Positions 1 to 10,643 of a DNA stretch of 64,000 bases are shown here, piece after piece. The notes beneath the pieces were generated by a model. That model saw nothing but the letters and a program-made list of their open reading frames with translations, was not told the origin of the DNA and did no database searches. The stretch is from assembly GCF_001194135.2 (NCBI RefSeq), contig NC_068983.1, positions 167,090,795 to 167,154,794 on the forward strand, read 5' to 3'. The stretch comes from Octopus bimaculoides (lineage: Eukaryota). Position 1 is the first letter of the stretch; every line of letters starts with the position of its first letter. The position numbers and the translations under genes are program-made.

Positions 1-117
1 TATATATATATATATATATATATGCATGTATGTGAGTGTATGTGTATACATATAATATATACATACATACATACATACAAACAATACATGCATACATAAA
101 AACGTACATACATACAA

Positions 118-489
118 TGCAACTCGACTCCGTTGGTCACGAATGACCATGGGTGCACCTAAGACGTTCCCCTCCAGGGTACAAGTCTGGGTGGAAAGTT
201 GCCTCACCGGTGAACGCACAACCTAGGGTTGTTGTTTGTGGCAGACCAGCAGTCGCCCATGCATACCACCCTTTCCTCTCCACACCACTGATGTTATCCA
301 AAGGAAAGGCAAAGGGCAATACAGATTGGCACCTGTGACGTCACAACTCATTTCTACAGATGAGTGAACTGGAGCAACGGGAAATAAAGTGCTTTGCTCA
401 AGAACACAACTCACAGACCGGTCCGGGAATCGAACTCACAACCTCATGATCGTAAGCTCGACGCTCTAACCACTGAGCCATGCACCTTC
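118..489 (-). mobile_element. tRNA-derived SINE (family A), near full length, CpGs retained
   Basis: The minus-strand head has an A box TGGCTCAGTGG (470-480), an anticodon-like loop CTTACGA (450-456) and a B box GAGTTCGATTCC (426-437). A central GTGTTCTTGAGCAAAGCAC...CATCTGTAGAAATGAG domain and a ~250-nt tail follow. There is no tRNA 3' acceptor arm. Confidence 0.85.
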
Positions 490-660
490 ACATCCATACA
501 AACATAGATACATACAAACATAGATACATACAAACATATCAACTGCTTAATATGATAGAAACTATGAGTGGCTCTAGTTTCATATATCCTTCTGAGTTTA
601 AAAAAAACTGTTTACTGAAGAAGCAGTTAAAATAACAAATACATGAATGTATATATAAGA

Positions 661-702
<42 letters not shown>

Positions 703-715
703 TACCATATATTTA

Positions 716-753
<38 letters not shown>

Positions 754-1669
754 CCATATGAAATTTTACACCATAGTATTGAGAAGAGAACAAAAGTAAC
801 TTTAGAGGTGTCTGAACATTTGATCTTGTTGATTTTTTTTAATAGAAAACTGCACAAAACATTGCATTATAAATCTATGAAAAACAAAACTAATCCCCAC
901 TTGTAACAAACATTTAATGGTTGTTAATTTTTATGACGATGTATAAAAATAGTTTTACATTTGTACAGAGTTTACCAGAGCGATTTCATCAAAAATCATC
1001 TTGTACATTCTTGTTTTTAGAATTTATTCAGAGGAGTAAATGCTGGCATTTATTTATGTTAAAGTGGATGTATTTAAAACCCATTCTTTATTATAATCCC
1101 TTTAAAAAAAAAACCCCACATATTTGGATTTATATGTTTTGAACATCAGAGATTCAGAAACTGAAATAAATAAATTAAATTCTTGGTTTTTTCTAAACAC
1201 AGGATGAAATGAATATGGATAAAGTTTGGTTTAGAAAATTTATGGTTGGGAGGCAAACACAACCAGGATAAAAGTTCCAGATTAATTTTAGTTGGGAACA
1301 GTTTACAAATAAATAAATAAATAAAGTGAGAGAAACATATGGGGTCAAAGACATGAATTGGATTTACTTCTCAAAACTGTCAACTCATATTTTTTTGTCT
1401 GATATTTGGCTAATCACTGGTAATGCAAAACCACTTCAAGAAAATAGCAAAAAAATTTTATTTCTTTTTAGAAAAAAACCCATCAAAATAGCGAATTTGT
1501 GAAGTCTTTTGAGTGTTGGATAAAATTATGTGTGGTATTTGTTCCAGTTTTCTGCGTTGTGAGTTCAAATCCTGCCAAGGTAAACTCTGCCTTTCTTCCT
1601 TCTGGGATCATAAAAAAGGATTAATGCAAGGGAAGTGGATGAGTGGATGTGTAAAAGAGTTGGGTAAGA

Positions 1670-1907
1670 TCTCTTTGCCAAACTGCTAAGTTACAGGACA
1701 CATAGACACCCTAACACCAATTGTCAAATGGCACATGGGGGACAAACACAGATACAAAGACACACACAAATCTATATATATGATGGGCTTCCTACAGTTT
1801 CCATCTACCAGATACGCTCACAAGGCACTGATCTTCTATTATAGCCTCAGGCTGACCAAAGCCTTGTGAGTGGATCTCATAGAAGAAACTGGAAGAAGTC
1901 TGTCATA

Positions 1908-1972
<65 letters not shown>

Positions 1973-1987
1973 NNNNNNNNNNTATAC

Positions 1988-2032
<45 letters not shown>

Positions 2033-2175
2033 GCTGTGTGGTTAGAAGCTTGCTTCCTAACCACATGGTTCTGGGTTCAGTCCCACTGCATGGCACCTTG
2101 GGAAAGTGTCTACTATTATAGCCTCAGGCTGACCAAAGCGCTGTGAGTGGATTTGGTAGACGGAAACTGGAAGAA
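1670..2175. mobile_element. Cluster of SINE family B fragments in both orientations around a (TA)n array
   Basis: Segments match the full copy at 63301-63710 (GGCTGTGTGGTT..AAGCTTGCTTCC, GACCAAAGC..TGTGAGTGGAT, GGAAACTG). Confidence 0.75.
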
Positions 2176-2975
2176 GTTTAATGTCCATGTAATGTCCATT
2201 TTCCACGCTAGCATGGGTTGAACGGTTTAACTGGGGACTGGCAAGCCAGGAGGCTGCACCAGGCTCCAATCTGATCTGGCAAGGTTTCTACAGCTGGATG
2301 CCCTTCCTAATGCCAACCACTCTGAGAGTGTAGTCGGTGCTTTTCACATGCCACCAGCAAGGGAGCCAGTAAGGCGGCACTGGCATTGACCACATTCAGA
2401 TGGTGCTTTTTATGTCCCACTGGCACAGGGAAACAGGCTGGCGGCACTGGCATCGACCCATGCTTGAATGGTGCTTAGTATGTGCCACCAGTACAGGTGC
2501 CAGTCAGGCGGCACTGGCATCAGCCACAACTACAATTTCCATCTTGATTTGCTTTTGATTTTACTTGACTCAAAAGGTCTTCTCAAGCGCAGCATATTGC
2601 CCAATGATTCAAGGGTCCTTTTAAATGGGCTGGTTATGCGACACTAGTATAGGCTATGGCTGTGATCTCACTTTACTTGCCGGGCCTTCTCAATCACAGC
2701 ATATCTCCAAAGGTCTCGGTCTTTCATCATTGCCTCTGCGAGGTCCAACATTTGAAGGTCATGCTTCACCACCTCGTCCCATGTCTTCCTGGGTCTTCCT
2801 CTTCCACAGGTTCCTTCCACAGTTAGGGTGTGGCACTTCCTCACACAGCTGTCTTCATTTCATACATAACACATGACCATTTCAGTACAGTTGTCTCTCT
2901 TGCACACCACATTTAATGCTTCTTATGTCCAACTTTTCTCTCAGGGTGCTCACGCTCTGTCATGTTGCTTACACT
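2176..2975 (-). mobile_element. RTE-clade LINE 3' fragment (RT C-terminus plus 3' UTR with about three ~67-bp repeats)
   Basis: It is the reverse complement of the RTE 3' end at 57110-57885. The GRGRPRKTWDEVVKHD-like segment lies at ~2770-2830. Confidence 0.85.
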
Positions 2976-2979
2976 CTGT

Positions 2980-3018
<39 letters not shown>

Positions 3019-3309
3019 NNNNNNNNNNNNNNNNNNNNNNNNNNNNNNNNNNNNNNNNNNNNNNNNNNNNNNNNNNNNNNNNNNNNNNNNNNNNNNNNNN
3101 NNNNNNNNNNNNNNNNNNNNNNNNNNNNNNNNNNNNNNNNNNNNNNNNNNNNNNNNNNNNNNNNNNNNNNNNNNNNNNNNNNNNNNNNNNTATATATATG
3201 TATATATATGTATATATAACTTTTATAAGTAATATTCTAAAAGAATATATAAGAATATATATGTATATATATATATATATATACATATATGTACATATAT
3301 ATATATATA

Positions 3310-3480
3310 TGTATATGTATGTATATATTTGTGTTTATGTGTTTGTGTTTGTTCCCCAACCATTGCTTGACAACTGATGCTGGTGTATTTATGTCCCCAT
3401 AACATAGCAGTTTGGCAAAAGAGACCAATAGAATAAATACTAGGCTTACAAAGAATGAGTCCTGGGGTTGATTTCTTCGA
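3310..3480 (+). mobile_element. SINE family B, 3' half
   Basis: TTGCTTGACAACTGATGCTGGTG...GAGACCAATAGAATAAATACTAGGCTTACAAAGAAT matches 63520-63620. Confidence 0.8.
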
Positions 3481-3489
3481 CAAACACCC

Positions 3490-4285
3490 ATAAAATGCAG
3501 GAGGAGTCCAGTTGCAATAACTGTCCAGTGGGAGGCCAATGAAAGGCTGAAGGAATTATCTATGAGGCTGTGGAGATCCCCAGACCTAACAACCATTAGT
3601 AACAGCAGTAATGTATCATCCAATAACATTGGTGGAAACACCAGCACTGGTGCCAACAACCTCAGCACCAGTACTATGGCCAGAGGTGACAACCACACCA
3701 ACACTAGCTGCACCAGTGAAGCTACTGGCCCCATGACCAATATTATCAATGAAGGCACCCACATCATCATCAGCGACAGTAGTACGAATGCCATGGCCAA
3801 GGATGACCACCACAACAACAACAGCCACAGATATCGCTGGATCCATGCCTCGTAATGATAACAGAACTGATGACACCTCCAGTAACACCAGTGGCAGCAA
3901 CAACATCTCCGGGCTCGAAACCAACCGAAGATGTGCTGGTAATGTGAGTGCAACCAGCACCTAAGCCTGGAAATATATTGGGTCAGCTGGGACAACCTTC
4001 AAGCAGCACGTGTGCAACCACAGGTCCTCTTTCAGGGTTCCAGAAAGATGATCTGTTACATCCTTGGCCAGCCACATGTGGCACCTCAAAGATGAAGGGA
4101 CCCCATATGATATCAAGCGAAGGATCTTAGAGTGATTGGGACCCTACATTAATGGGAGTGAATGCTGCAAGCTTTGTATAGATGAATGAGCAAGTGTGCT
4201 CAATGACTTCCTGAAATCTGGATCACTGAACACTTGCCAGAAAATTTACAGACCTTGCATCCATTTCAAATGCTACCTGCTGTAG
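3490..4285 (+). pseudogene. Penelope-like element (PLE) C-terminal GIY-YIG endonuclease relic with a long low-complexity insert
   Basis: Hand translation gives CNNCPVGGQ*KAEGIIYEA (GIIY at 3552-3563). After the insert it reads KYIGSAGTTFKQHVCNHRSSF..LASHMWHLKDEGTPYDIKRRILE*LGPYINGSECCKLCIDE*..LNTCQKIYRPCIHFKCYLL* (YIG 3974-3982, stop 4283-4285). This matches the PLE endonuclease pattern YIG-FKxRxxNHxxSF-W-CxLCxxE-CxH. There are two frameshifts and five internal stops. Confidence 0.88.
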
Positions 4286-4506
4286 CATGGGCTCCCCTGT
4301 TTGCCAATTAGACCTAGAAGGGTCCTTACAATCTAAAATTAGATCAAGGAAAAAATCCCCTGTTCCCCCCTCTTTTGACCCAGATGAACTGGTCTAAGGA
4401 AGATGACCCCTCTTCACTGACCCCAGAGTATTTATTCTTTGGTGACTAATTGATCAAATGGTAAGAATGGATTCCTGCCTCCCAGGGGTGTAGAGTTACA
4501 TTTGTT

Positions 4507-4586
4507 TTCAGTTTTAGAGTCCGATGAGACATCCATGGGGCTAAGCCCTTTGTGCATGTGAAACCATTGGTTACTCTATGACTGAA
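4507..4586 (+). ncRNA. Type I hammerhead ribozyme fold (degraded), PLE-associated
   Basis: Stem I is TAGAGT (4515-20)/ACTCTA (4573-78), extended by TTCAGT/ACTGAA. The core is CCGATGA (U4C variant). Stem II is ACAT..GGGC-TAA-GCCC..ATGT, followed by GAA. Stem III is ACC-ATT-GGT, and the putative cleavage triplet is GUU (4570-72). The fold lies ~230 nt after the PLE stop codon. Confidence 0.75.
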
Positions 4587-5094
4587 CATAAACTTAACTA
4601 CATATAAACATATAATTTATATGTGTGTGTGTATGTGTGTGCTGTGTGTGTGCGTGCGTGTGTGTACATAATGAGTACAGTACTTGAGGAAATTCCCGCT
4701 TGGACAGAAACACACATATATTTGTTGCACTCAGAAAATTTTATAACATTATTATTAATATAAAAAAGAAAATCACATGTTTTTGATGCTGTTAAGGGGT
4801 CCACCAAAATTACTGAGGGCATAAATAATCCCTTAGAAAGTTAATGTTGTTTATATATTATGAATGTGTTGACTGAGTAAGAAAGTGAATATATATAGTT
4901 ATACGTGCTCTCACACAAACACACACACACATGCATTCCAATAAACAGACTGGCAGTGTACAATTTTTATTAGAGATCTTGCAATAATTTGTAACTTAAT
5001 ACATAAGTTGCTAAACCATCTCTTATCCCTTTTATTGGTCTCCTAGGGGACTCTAAATGCTATATTAGATTATCTACTTCTCGCTAGTACTTAC

Positions 5095-5240
5095 AGCTTT
5101 GCATTCTGGGATCCTTTCTTTAACTTTCCTTTCATCAGAAACGACTCGTGATGTGTTTTCTCCAAGCTCCCTAAATGTTTTGTAAAGCACTTTCCTAGTG
5201 AAAGGATAGTTTGTAGGGTTTTCACAGTTCAACAGATGTT
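5095..5240 (-). CDS. Internal coding exon candidate of an unidentified minus-strand gene (48 full codons)
   Basis: Acceptor TTATATCTTTGTAG| and donor |GTAAGT. The 146-nt exon has only one open frame (phase 1 in, phase 0 out): (E)HLLNCENPTNYPFTRKVLYKTFRELGENTSRVVSDERKVKERIPECKA. The family is not recognised. Confidence 0.6.
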
Positions 5241-5499
5241 CTACAAAGATATAAACATATAAACATATGTAAATACAAATGGAGATGATATTGCTATAGA
5301 GACAAACACAGATATACACAGAACCATATAAACATACGTAGATGTACATATGAATGTGATATTAGTACAAACCCATAAGTAGATGCGAATATACAAGCAT
5401 GAAAATACATACATGATATCAATACATTTATACAAAAGAATCTAAATACACACATATATACATGATATTGATGCATACTTAAATATATATATGTAGGGA

Positions 5500-5715
5500 A
5501 CACTTTGCAATGGGTTCCACAAAGTAAAAGAAGATGTGGCTGACGAAAAGAAATGTGATGGAGAGCAATAACAAAAGATCTTAAAAGTAGAAGGGTTAAC
5601 AATGAAACAAGATGTCAAGGATGCTTTCAGTGTCGGAAGGGGGAATGATCTTGGTGTCACCTCAAGTGCCACAAGGCACAATGAGCATCGAATGTAATGA
5701 ATGTAATGTGTGTAT
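5500..5715 (+). mobile_element. Degraded RTE-type LINE 3' end
   Basis: LQWVPQSKRRCG*RKEM*WRAITKDLK resembles the RTE LxWxPxGKRxRGRPKxTW motif. It ends in a short (AATGT)-type tail. Confidence 0.45.
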
Positions 5716-6148
5716 ATAAACATAAGTGAATATACACACATGCATGATATCAATACACATACATACAGAAACATAAGTAAATATAAGNNNNNNNNNNNNN
5801 NNNNNNNNNNNNNNNNNNNNNNNNNNNNNNNNNNNNNNNNNNNNNNNNNNNNNNNNNNNNNNNNNNNNNNNNNNNNNNNNNNNNNNNCATATATATATAT
5901 GTACATACATACATACACACACACACATACACACATATGTTAATACACATGGCATACAAGAGTAGAGGTGGGGATAGTGGTGAATCTCAGTTTGGGTGAA
6001 GATAAAGAAAAATAGGAGTGGGTCAGGAAGGAGGAGGAGGAGGTGAAGACCGACAACATAAAGGTGTAGACAGATGAGAAATAGGGAGATGGTGTGAGGC
6101 ATGAGGAGAAGAGTGAAGATGCAATTTAATATACACCATCTTAAAATA

Positions 6149-6238
6149 AGGGCTACTAATAGTTTCTTGTCACTGAGACATGCAGTTAGGCATATTTTTT
6201 ATAGCATGCCTTGTGTCTCCATGCAATCTTCAGGCTCT
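6149..6238 (-). ncRNA. Type I hammerhead ribozyme with intact catalytic core, PLE-associated
   Basis: On the minus strand, stem I is AGAGC (6238-34)/GCCCT (6153-49) with one A-C mismatch, and the core is CTGAAGA (6233-27). The 60-nt stem II contains TTG/CAA, GAGACA/TGTCTC and GGCAT/ATGCC. GAA is followed by stem III ACT-ATT-AGT and the cleavage triplet GUA (6156-54). The fold lies ~250 nt downstream of the PLE relic at 6480-6870. Confidence 0.82.
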
Positions 6239-6479
6239 AAACACACGGTCTGTTGTATTCGAAAAATGGAATCCTGATACATGAGAAATCATGAGAGAAA
6301 ATGAGAAGAAGGTTGATGCAAAAAGTAGAATGAGAAGACAAAGGGTGAATGAAAACAGAAAAAAAAAAGAAAATTGGAGTTATGTCCCCTTTGACTATAG
6401 AAATCATAATTAAATTAGGTAGTGTAGAATCAGTTAGCGGAGAGTTCAAACTCTGCAAGACAGCTGCTCAATCCAGAGA

Positions 6480-6870
6480 GGGTTGTGCTCTCCAGTTTAA
6501 CACAAGAAATTTGTTCACATGTTTGCATTTGCCAAAAATTTCAGCTATGCATAAGTTGTTTCTCTTAGATCCATTTACATGTGGAATAGATATCTCCACA
6601 ATTTATTTTCCACTTGATTGTATGTGGTGTGCAGTTGGTCTTCAAACCCCATATGTGTTTAGACAACATCGTAGTGTTACTTTGTTGATGTGTCAGAAAA
6701 ACAATTGATGGTTTTCATAGTGTCTTTTAAAATTGCCTTCACATAAGCTAATGCAATTTTTCTTTTCACTTACATTATCTTGAAGTGTTGCTGTGACTTC
6801 TGCCTCATAGATGATAGAGTTTATCATACACACTTGGTCAAGTGGGCAAGCTTTACTGGGAAATGTGTAG
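6480..6870 (-). pseudogene. Second PLE GIY-YIG endonuclease relic
   Basis: ACPLDQVCMINSIIYEAEVTATLQDNVSEKKNCISLCEGNFKRHYENHQLFF*, then in shifted frames LSKHIWGLK..IKWKI and NGSKRNNLCIAE..KCKHVNKFL. Confidence 0.85.
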
Positions 6871-7549
6871 AAAAGCATTTCCCAGTAAAGCATAAATACA
6901 GGAAACTTTTTTTGATAGATGCTCAATGACTGTCTTACAGCAGCTGCTCGAATATGAAGATCATTATCACTTGCAGATCTCACCAAGAGCCCACTCCCAG
7001 TTGTAATTGTTGAGTCCCTGATGTTTAATTCAGGGAATCAAGTGAAACCCATGGTAAGCACTTCAGCTGAGGAACTGGCTCGATTTGAAACTCAGAAGGC
7101 AAAGGGATGCAACTCAATGACCATGATACATTTATTCAGTCCAACACTCTACCATTTCTTCCACTCCACTTATGATGATGACAACGGTAATGTTATTAAT
7201 GGTGATGATGATGATGATGATGATGATGATGACAATGAGAGAGTAATCCCTGGCCACCCAAATAAAGTAGATTTAATAGGGCTCTAAGCCCATTGCTATG
7301 ATATTGAGAGCAATTTAAATTGTTTTATAGCCATTCTGCACAGACATTAAATATTTGTTTTATTTCTTCACCAATTGACACACCACTTCTATAAGCTATT
7401 AAATCCTGATAGACTTATTAAAGGAACTTCATTCGTTTGGTTGAATTTCTTTTATATTAAGTTGGCAAACATCAAACTGGAGAGTGTCTCAAATTTAATA
7501 CAACCACGGTTTATTTTGATGCTTGACAGAAAAAGTGACAAAACCAAAT

Positions 7550-7795
7550 TAATTCATTTCATAATTTTATTAACCACATTCCTGTTAGAATAAATTACCT
7601 TTCTTTCACTTAATTTTGAAAATAACGAGGAGTTTAGCAAAAATAAGTTTGAAATTATTAAGCTGGTGTTAGGAATATGAATTAACATAGAATTTTGATG
7701 GAAAATTTTAATTTCGGTCACTTTAAAACCGGAAGTTTGTATTACAGAACTAAGGATAGACTTGGGTAGGTTGGTATCAAAAGGGTTGTCCTGCC
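7550..7795 (+). repeat. Dispersed ~250-bp MITE-like repeat (family D)
   Basis: TTAATTTTGAAAATAA..TTATTAAGCTGGTGTT..AATTTTGATGG is shared with 15235-15600 and 20905-21110. The end GGTATCAAAAGGGTT resembles a TTAA-CCC type terminus, but no intact TIR pair was seen. Confidence 0.6.
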
Positions 7796-7959
7796 ACAAG
7801 GACTGTGCTTTTAACAACCTAAATAACAGAAATGACAGAATATATTTTCCCAGTCCAGAAACATGTTTCTCCATGAAAAGAAGAGTATTGTCATAAAAGG
7901 TATGCAACTGTGGTTTCACCAATCAGTATATAATGGAAGTCAAGGTTCTCGATATTGGC

Positions 7960-8480
7960 TGAATATTGCCTTCTCCCATTAATTTCTTGTTCTTTGTGTT
8001 GTTTAAGGCTCCAGCAGTTGAGGAAAGAAGTCTCAGGCAAAACGCAGGTTCTCAATCAGTTTTATGTACACTATACACAGGGCTGAAGTGCGTTGCTCTC
8101 TGTAGCCATCTCATGTGGTGTGAGTTTGTCGTTCTTCGTTACGTGGGCCCATTGCCTCAGGAGATACGACAAGTGGATTAGCCTGGAGGCTCAGCCAGCG
8201 AAGTGTGTTCTGCAAGCGCTTGCGGAGAAAAGAGAGATAGAATCTGGTTGCTGGGCCCTTTTATCCAGTTTGCCATCACAAGCCTCGTTGTGATCTCGTG
8301 CATGGCAAATGGATGCAGTAGAGGTCTCACTCCAGTCTCGGAGACGGCAATGGCTGCTGTGAGATCTCATCCAATATGTCACTGACTGCTTGTGCTGCTA
8401 CAAGCACTAGCTGACTTATTAGAGTGATAAACTTGAGAGGAAGTGGAAGAGTTTTCCTACCAAACAATTTTCCTGAAGAT
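7960..8480 (-). mobile_element. Possible highly degraded Ty3/gypsy RNase H fragment
   Basis: Frame-hopping motifs NSHHMRWLQ, IVYIK..EN..A*DF and FYLSFLRKRL loosely resemble the gypsy RNase H end (NxRLxRWxLxLQ..IxHxxGxxNxxADxLSR). The resemblance is weak. Confidence 0.3.
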
Positions 8481-8693
8481 TCTAGAAGGTTGGCTTACTG
8501 TTATAAAAAGCGACAACTTCAACCTTAGGCTAGAGAGTTACAAAGCTGTCTAGAGGAATCTATGCCAACGTTTACAGTGAATTGGCTTTCCGTTCCACTT
8601 CACTTTTTTATATAACTTGCTTATGTTGTATTCAACAAAAGGCACCAACTTTAACTTGCAGTATTGAGTAACACACACTAATTGTATGCTGTG

Positions 8694-8990
8694 TGAAGGT
8701 GTGTGGCTTCGTAATTAGTGATTAGGGTATTCAGCTCACATCTTAAAGTCAGGAGTTCAGTCCCTGGTGGCGTGTTGTGTCCTTGAGCAAGACACACTAT
8801 TTCACTTTGCTTCAGTCCACTCACCTGGCAAAAATGAGTCGTACCTGTAATTCAAAGGATTTGCCTTGTCACATTCTGTGTCATGCTGAATCTCTCTGAG
8901 GACTACATTAATGGTACACATGTCTGAGGAGTACTCAGCCACTTGAATGCTAATTTCATGAGCAGGCTGTTCCATTAAATCATTGGATGA
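8694..8990 (+). mobile_element. tRNA-derived SINE (family A variant with a different tail)
   Basis: Head GAAGGTGTGTGGC, central GTGTCCTTGAGCAAGACAC..AAAATGAGT. The tail is shared with 34150-34480 and partly with 48400-48550. Confidence 0.7.
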
Positions 8991-9240
8991 GCATTTGTAA
9001 ATATAAATGATGTGGGTTATTAAACTATTTTAGAGTGTGGTCATTGTCTTCCCATGTGACCTACGGAACATCGTGAAGTGCCATTGAAGAACACGAGATA
9101 AACAACCCCAGTAAGACTCCAGAAGAATGTTTGTGGCAGAAATCAAACAATGGTCTTTAAATAGTTTCAGCCTGTTGTTCCTGGAAGTCTACATCACATC
9201 TCAGTAACTCCCTACCTTATCGTACTTTTTAGAAGGGAGG

Positions 9241-9280
<40 letters not shown>

Positions 9281-10543
9281 TCTGTAAATGATGATAATGC
9301 GGGACTTTCCAAAGCAACCACAGTAATGGAAAGAATCCCTTGTGTATATCTTCACTGAACGACCCTTTTGATGAAGTCTCTACAGAGGGCAAAAGCATCA
9401 CTTCACAAACTAAGGAACATCATCAGAATTTCTTATCTATTGTGTTACATTTCTGGCAACTCATTTTCACCGAATACTCAATTGGGAAATGAACTCATTC
9501 GTTTAAAAACAAACGTTTGCAATAAAGAATAAAGTGAGAACAGTAAAAAGGAGCAGATTCCTTACTAGGAGAAACTGAAAAGATAATTCAGCGTAGCTTT
9601 AGTAGATGTATAAGCATATGGCCATCTTAGATTTTATGTTGAAACAGAAGCAGTAGACAATATGTTAGTATCGTAAATCAGGCAATTAGAGAGAGAGAGA
9701 GAGAGTGTGTGTAAAAGGTCAAGTTAACCTAGTTTTACTGGAGGCTAGGTAGAGAGAGAAAATCTGACAAAGTATCAATAAATTTGAATCAGCAACTTAA
9801 ATTGATATTATTCACAATGTAGTATTTCTGAAGAGTGAATCTTTCGACGTGGCCCTATTCACTGCAAATAAGACCCTGCTCATTACCTCTAAATATTTTA
9901 TAAAAATAACTCCAGTTGTACCAGAACATAAATGATATTACCACTAAGAAGTATCAACTGTTTTTTCTAATATCAACGATTGAAAAAAAAAAACAATTAT
10001 ATCACAACAAATATCAATGTTGTGTAAAATATATTACGGCTGGGTATTTTAGGTTGAAAAATAACTATTAAAAATAAACAAAAAATAAATGTTAAGAAGA
10101 TAAGAACAACAATAAAAACATTATTATTAAAAACGTAACTAACAAGAGCAGCCGTTTTGCTTTAATATCTAATAACGTTAAGCAGTTGACCCAGAAGCAC
10201 ACATTAGTCATACAATGGGACAAACAAAAACTAAAACCGGTTCGACACGATATGCCAAACCGTGTAGAAACCGCCAGCAGAAACTGTATAAAAACTGCCG
10301 AAACGAAATCAACATCAACAACATAAAATCAAATCCAGGGGGTTTTAAATATCAAAATCTTATTTTATATGGGAAAAATATATATTTGAGTCTCAGAAAA
10401 GACAAATTGATAAATGGAGTGAAAAAAAGGAAGAAAATGTGTTATTTCGCTACCATTCCTTCTTTCATTTTATAATCATATATTTCCATATTTTTGTACC
10501 TCTGATCATAGTTTGGACCTGTCTATTCGCATCGTATTAACTA

Positions 10544-10643
10544 ATGCATCCATCAAACCTAAAGTCTAACAAGGTATTTAATTTAAAAGACGGAAGATCT
10601 TTAACAACTTTTATAGATAAAGAAAGAGTGGATAAAATTCATG
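10544..10643 (+). CDS. Predicted first coding exon of the Myb/SANT-like gene
   Basis: The ATG follows an in-frame TAA and opens 33 codons (MHPSNLKSNKVFNLKDGRSLTTFIDKERVDKIH) plus 1 nt, then a consensus donor GTAAGT (10644-49). Phase 1 matches the acceptor at 18668. It lies in a repeat-free island. Confidence 0.5.

Noticed and set aside
420-489. tRNA-Val(TAC)-like sequence as a tRNA gene
   Set aside because: There is no 3' acceptor stem, and it runs straight into a SINE body.
3237-3995. 252-aa minus-strand ORF
   Set aside because: It is the antisense shadow of the low-complexity PLE insert plus a SINE and (TA)n. The recognisable motifs are on the plus strand.
9828-9870. CTGAAGA-GTGAAT..ATTCAC hammerhead-like start
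   Set aside because: The stem is followed by TGCAAA rather than GAAA, and no stem I or III is present.
10215-10475. 86-aa Lys/Asn-rich ORF
   Set aside because: It has AT-driven composition, no motif and no usable splice link. It is more likely upstream or 5' UTR sequence.
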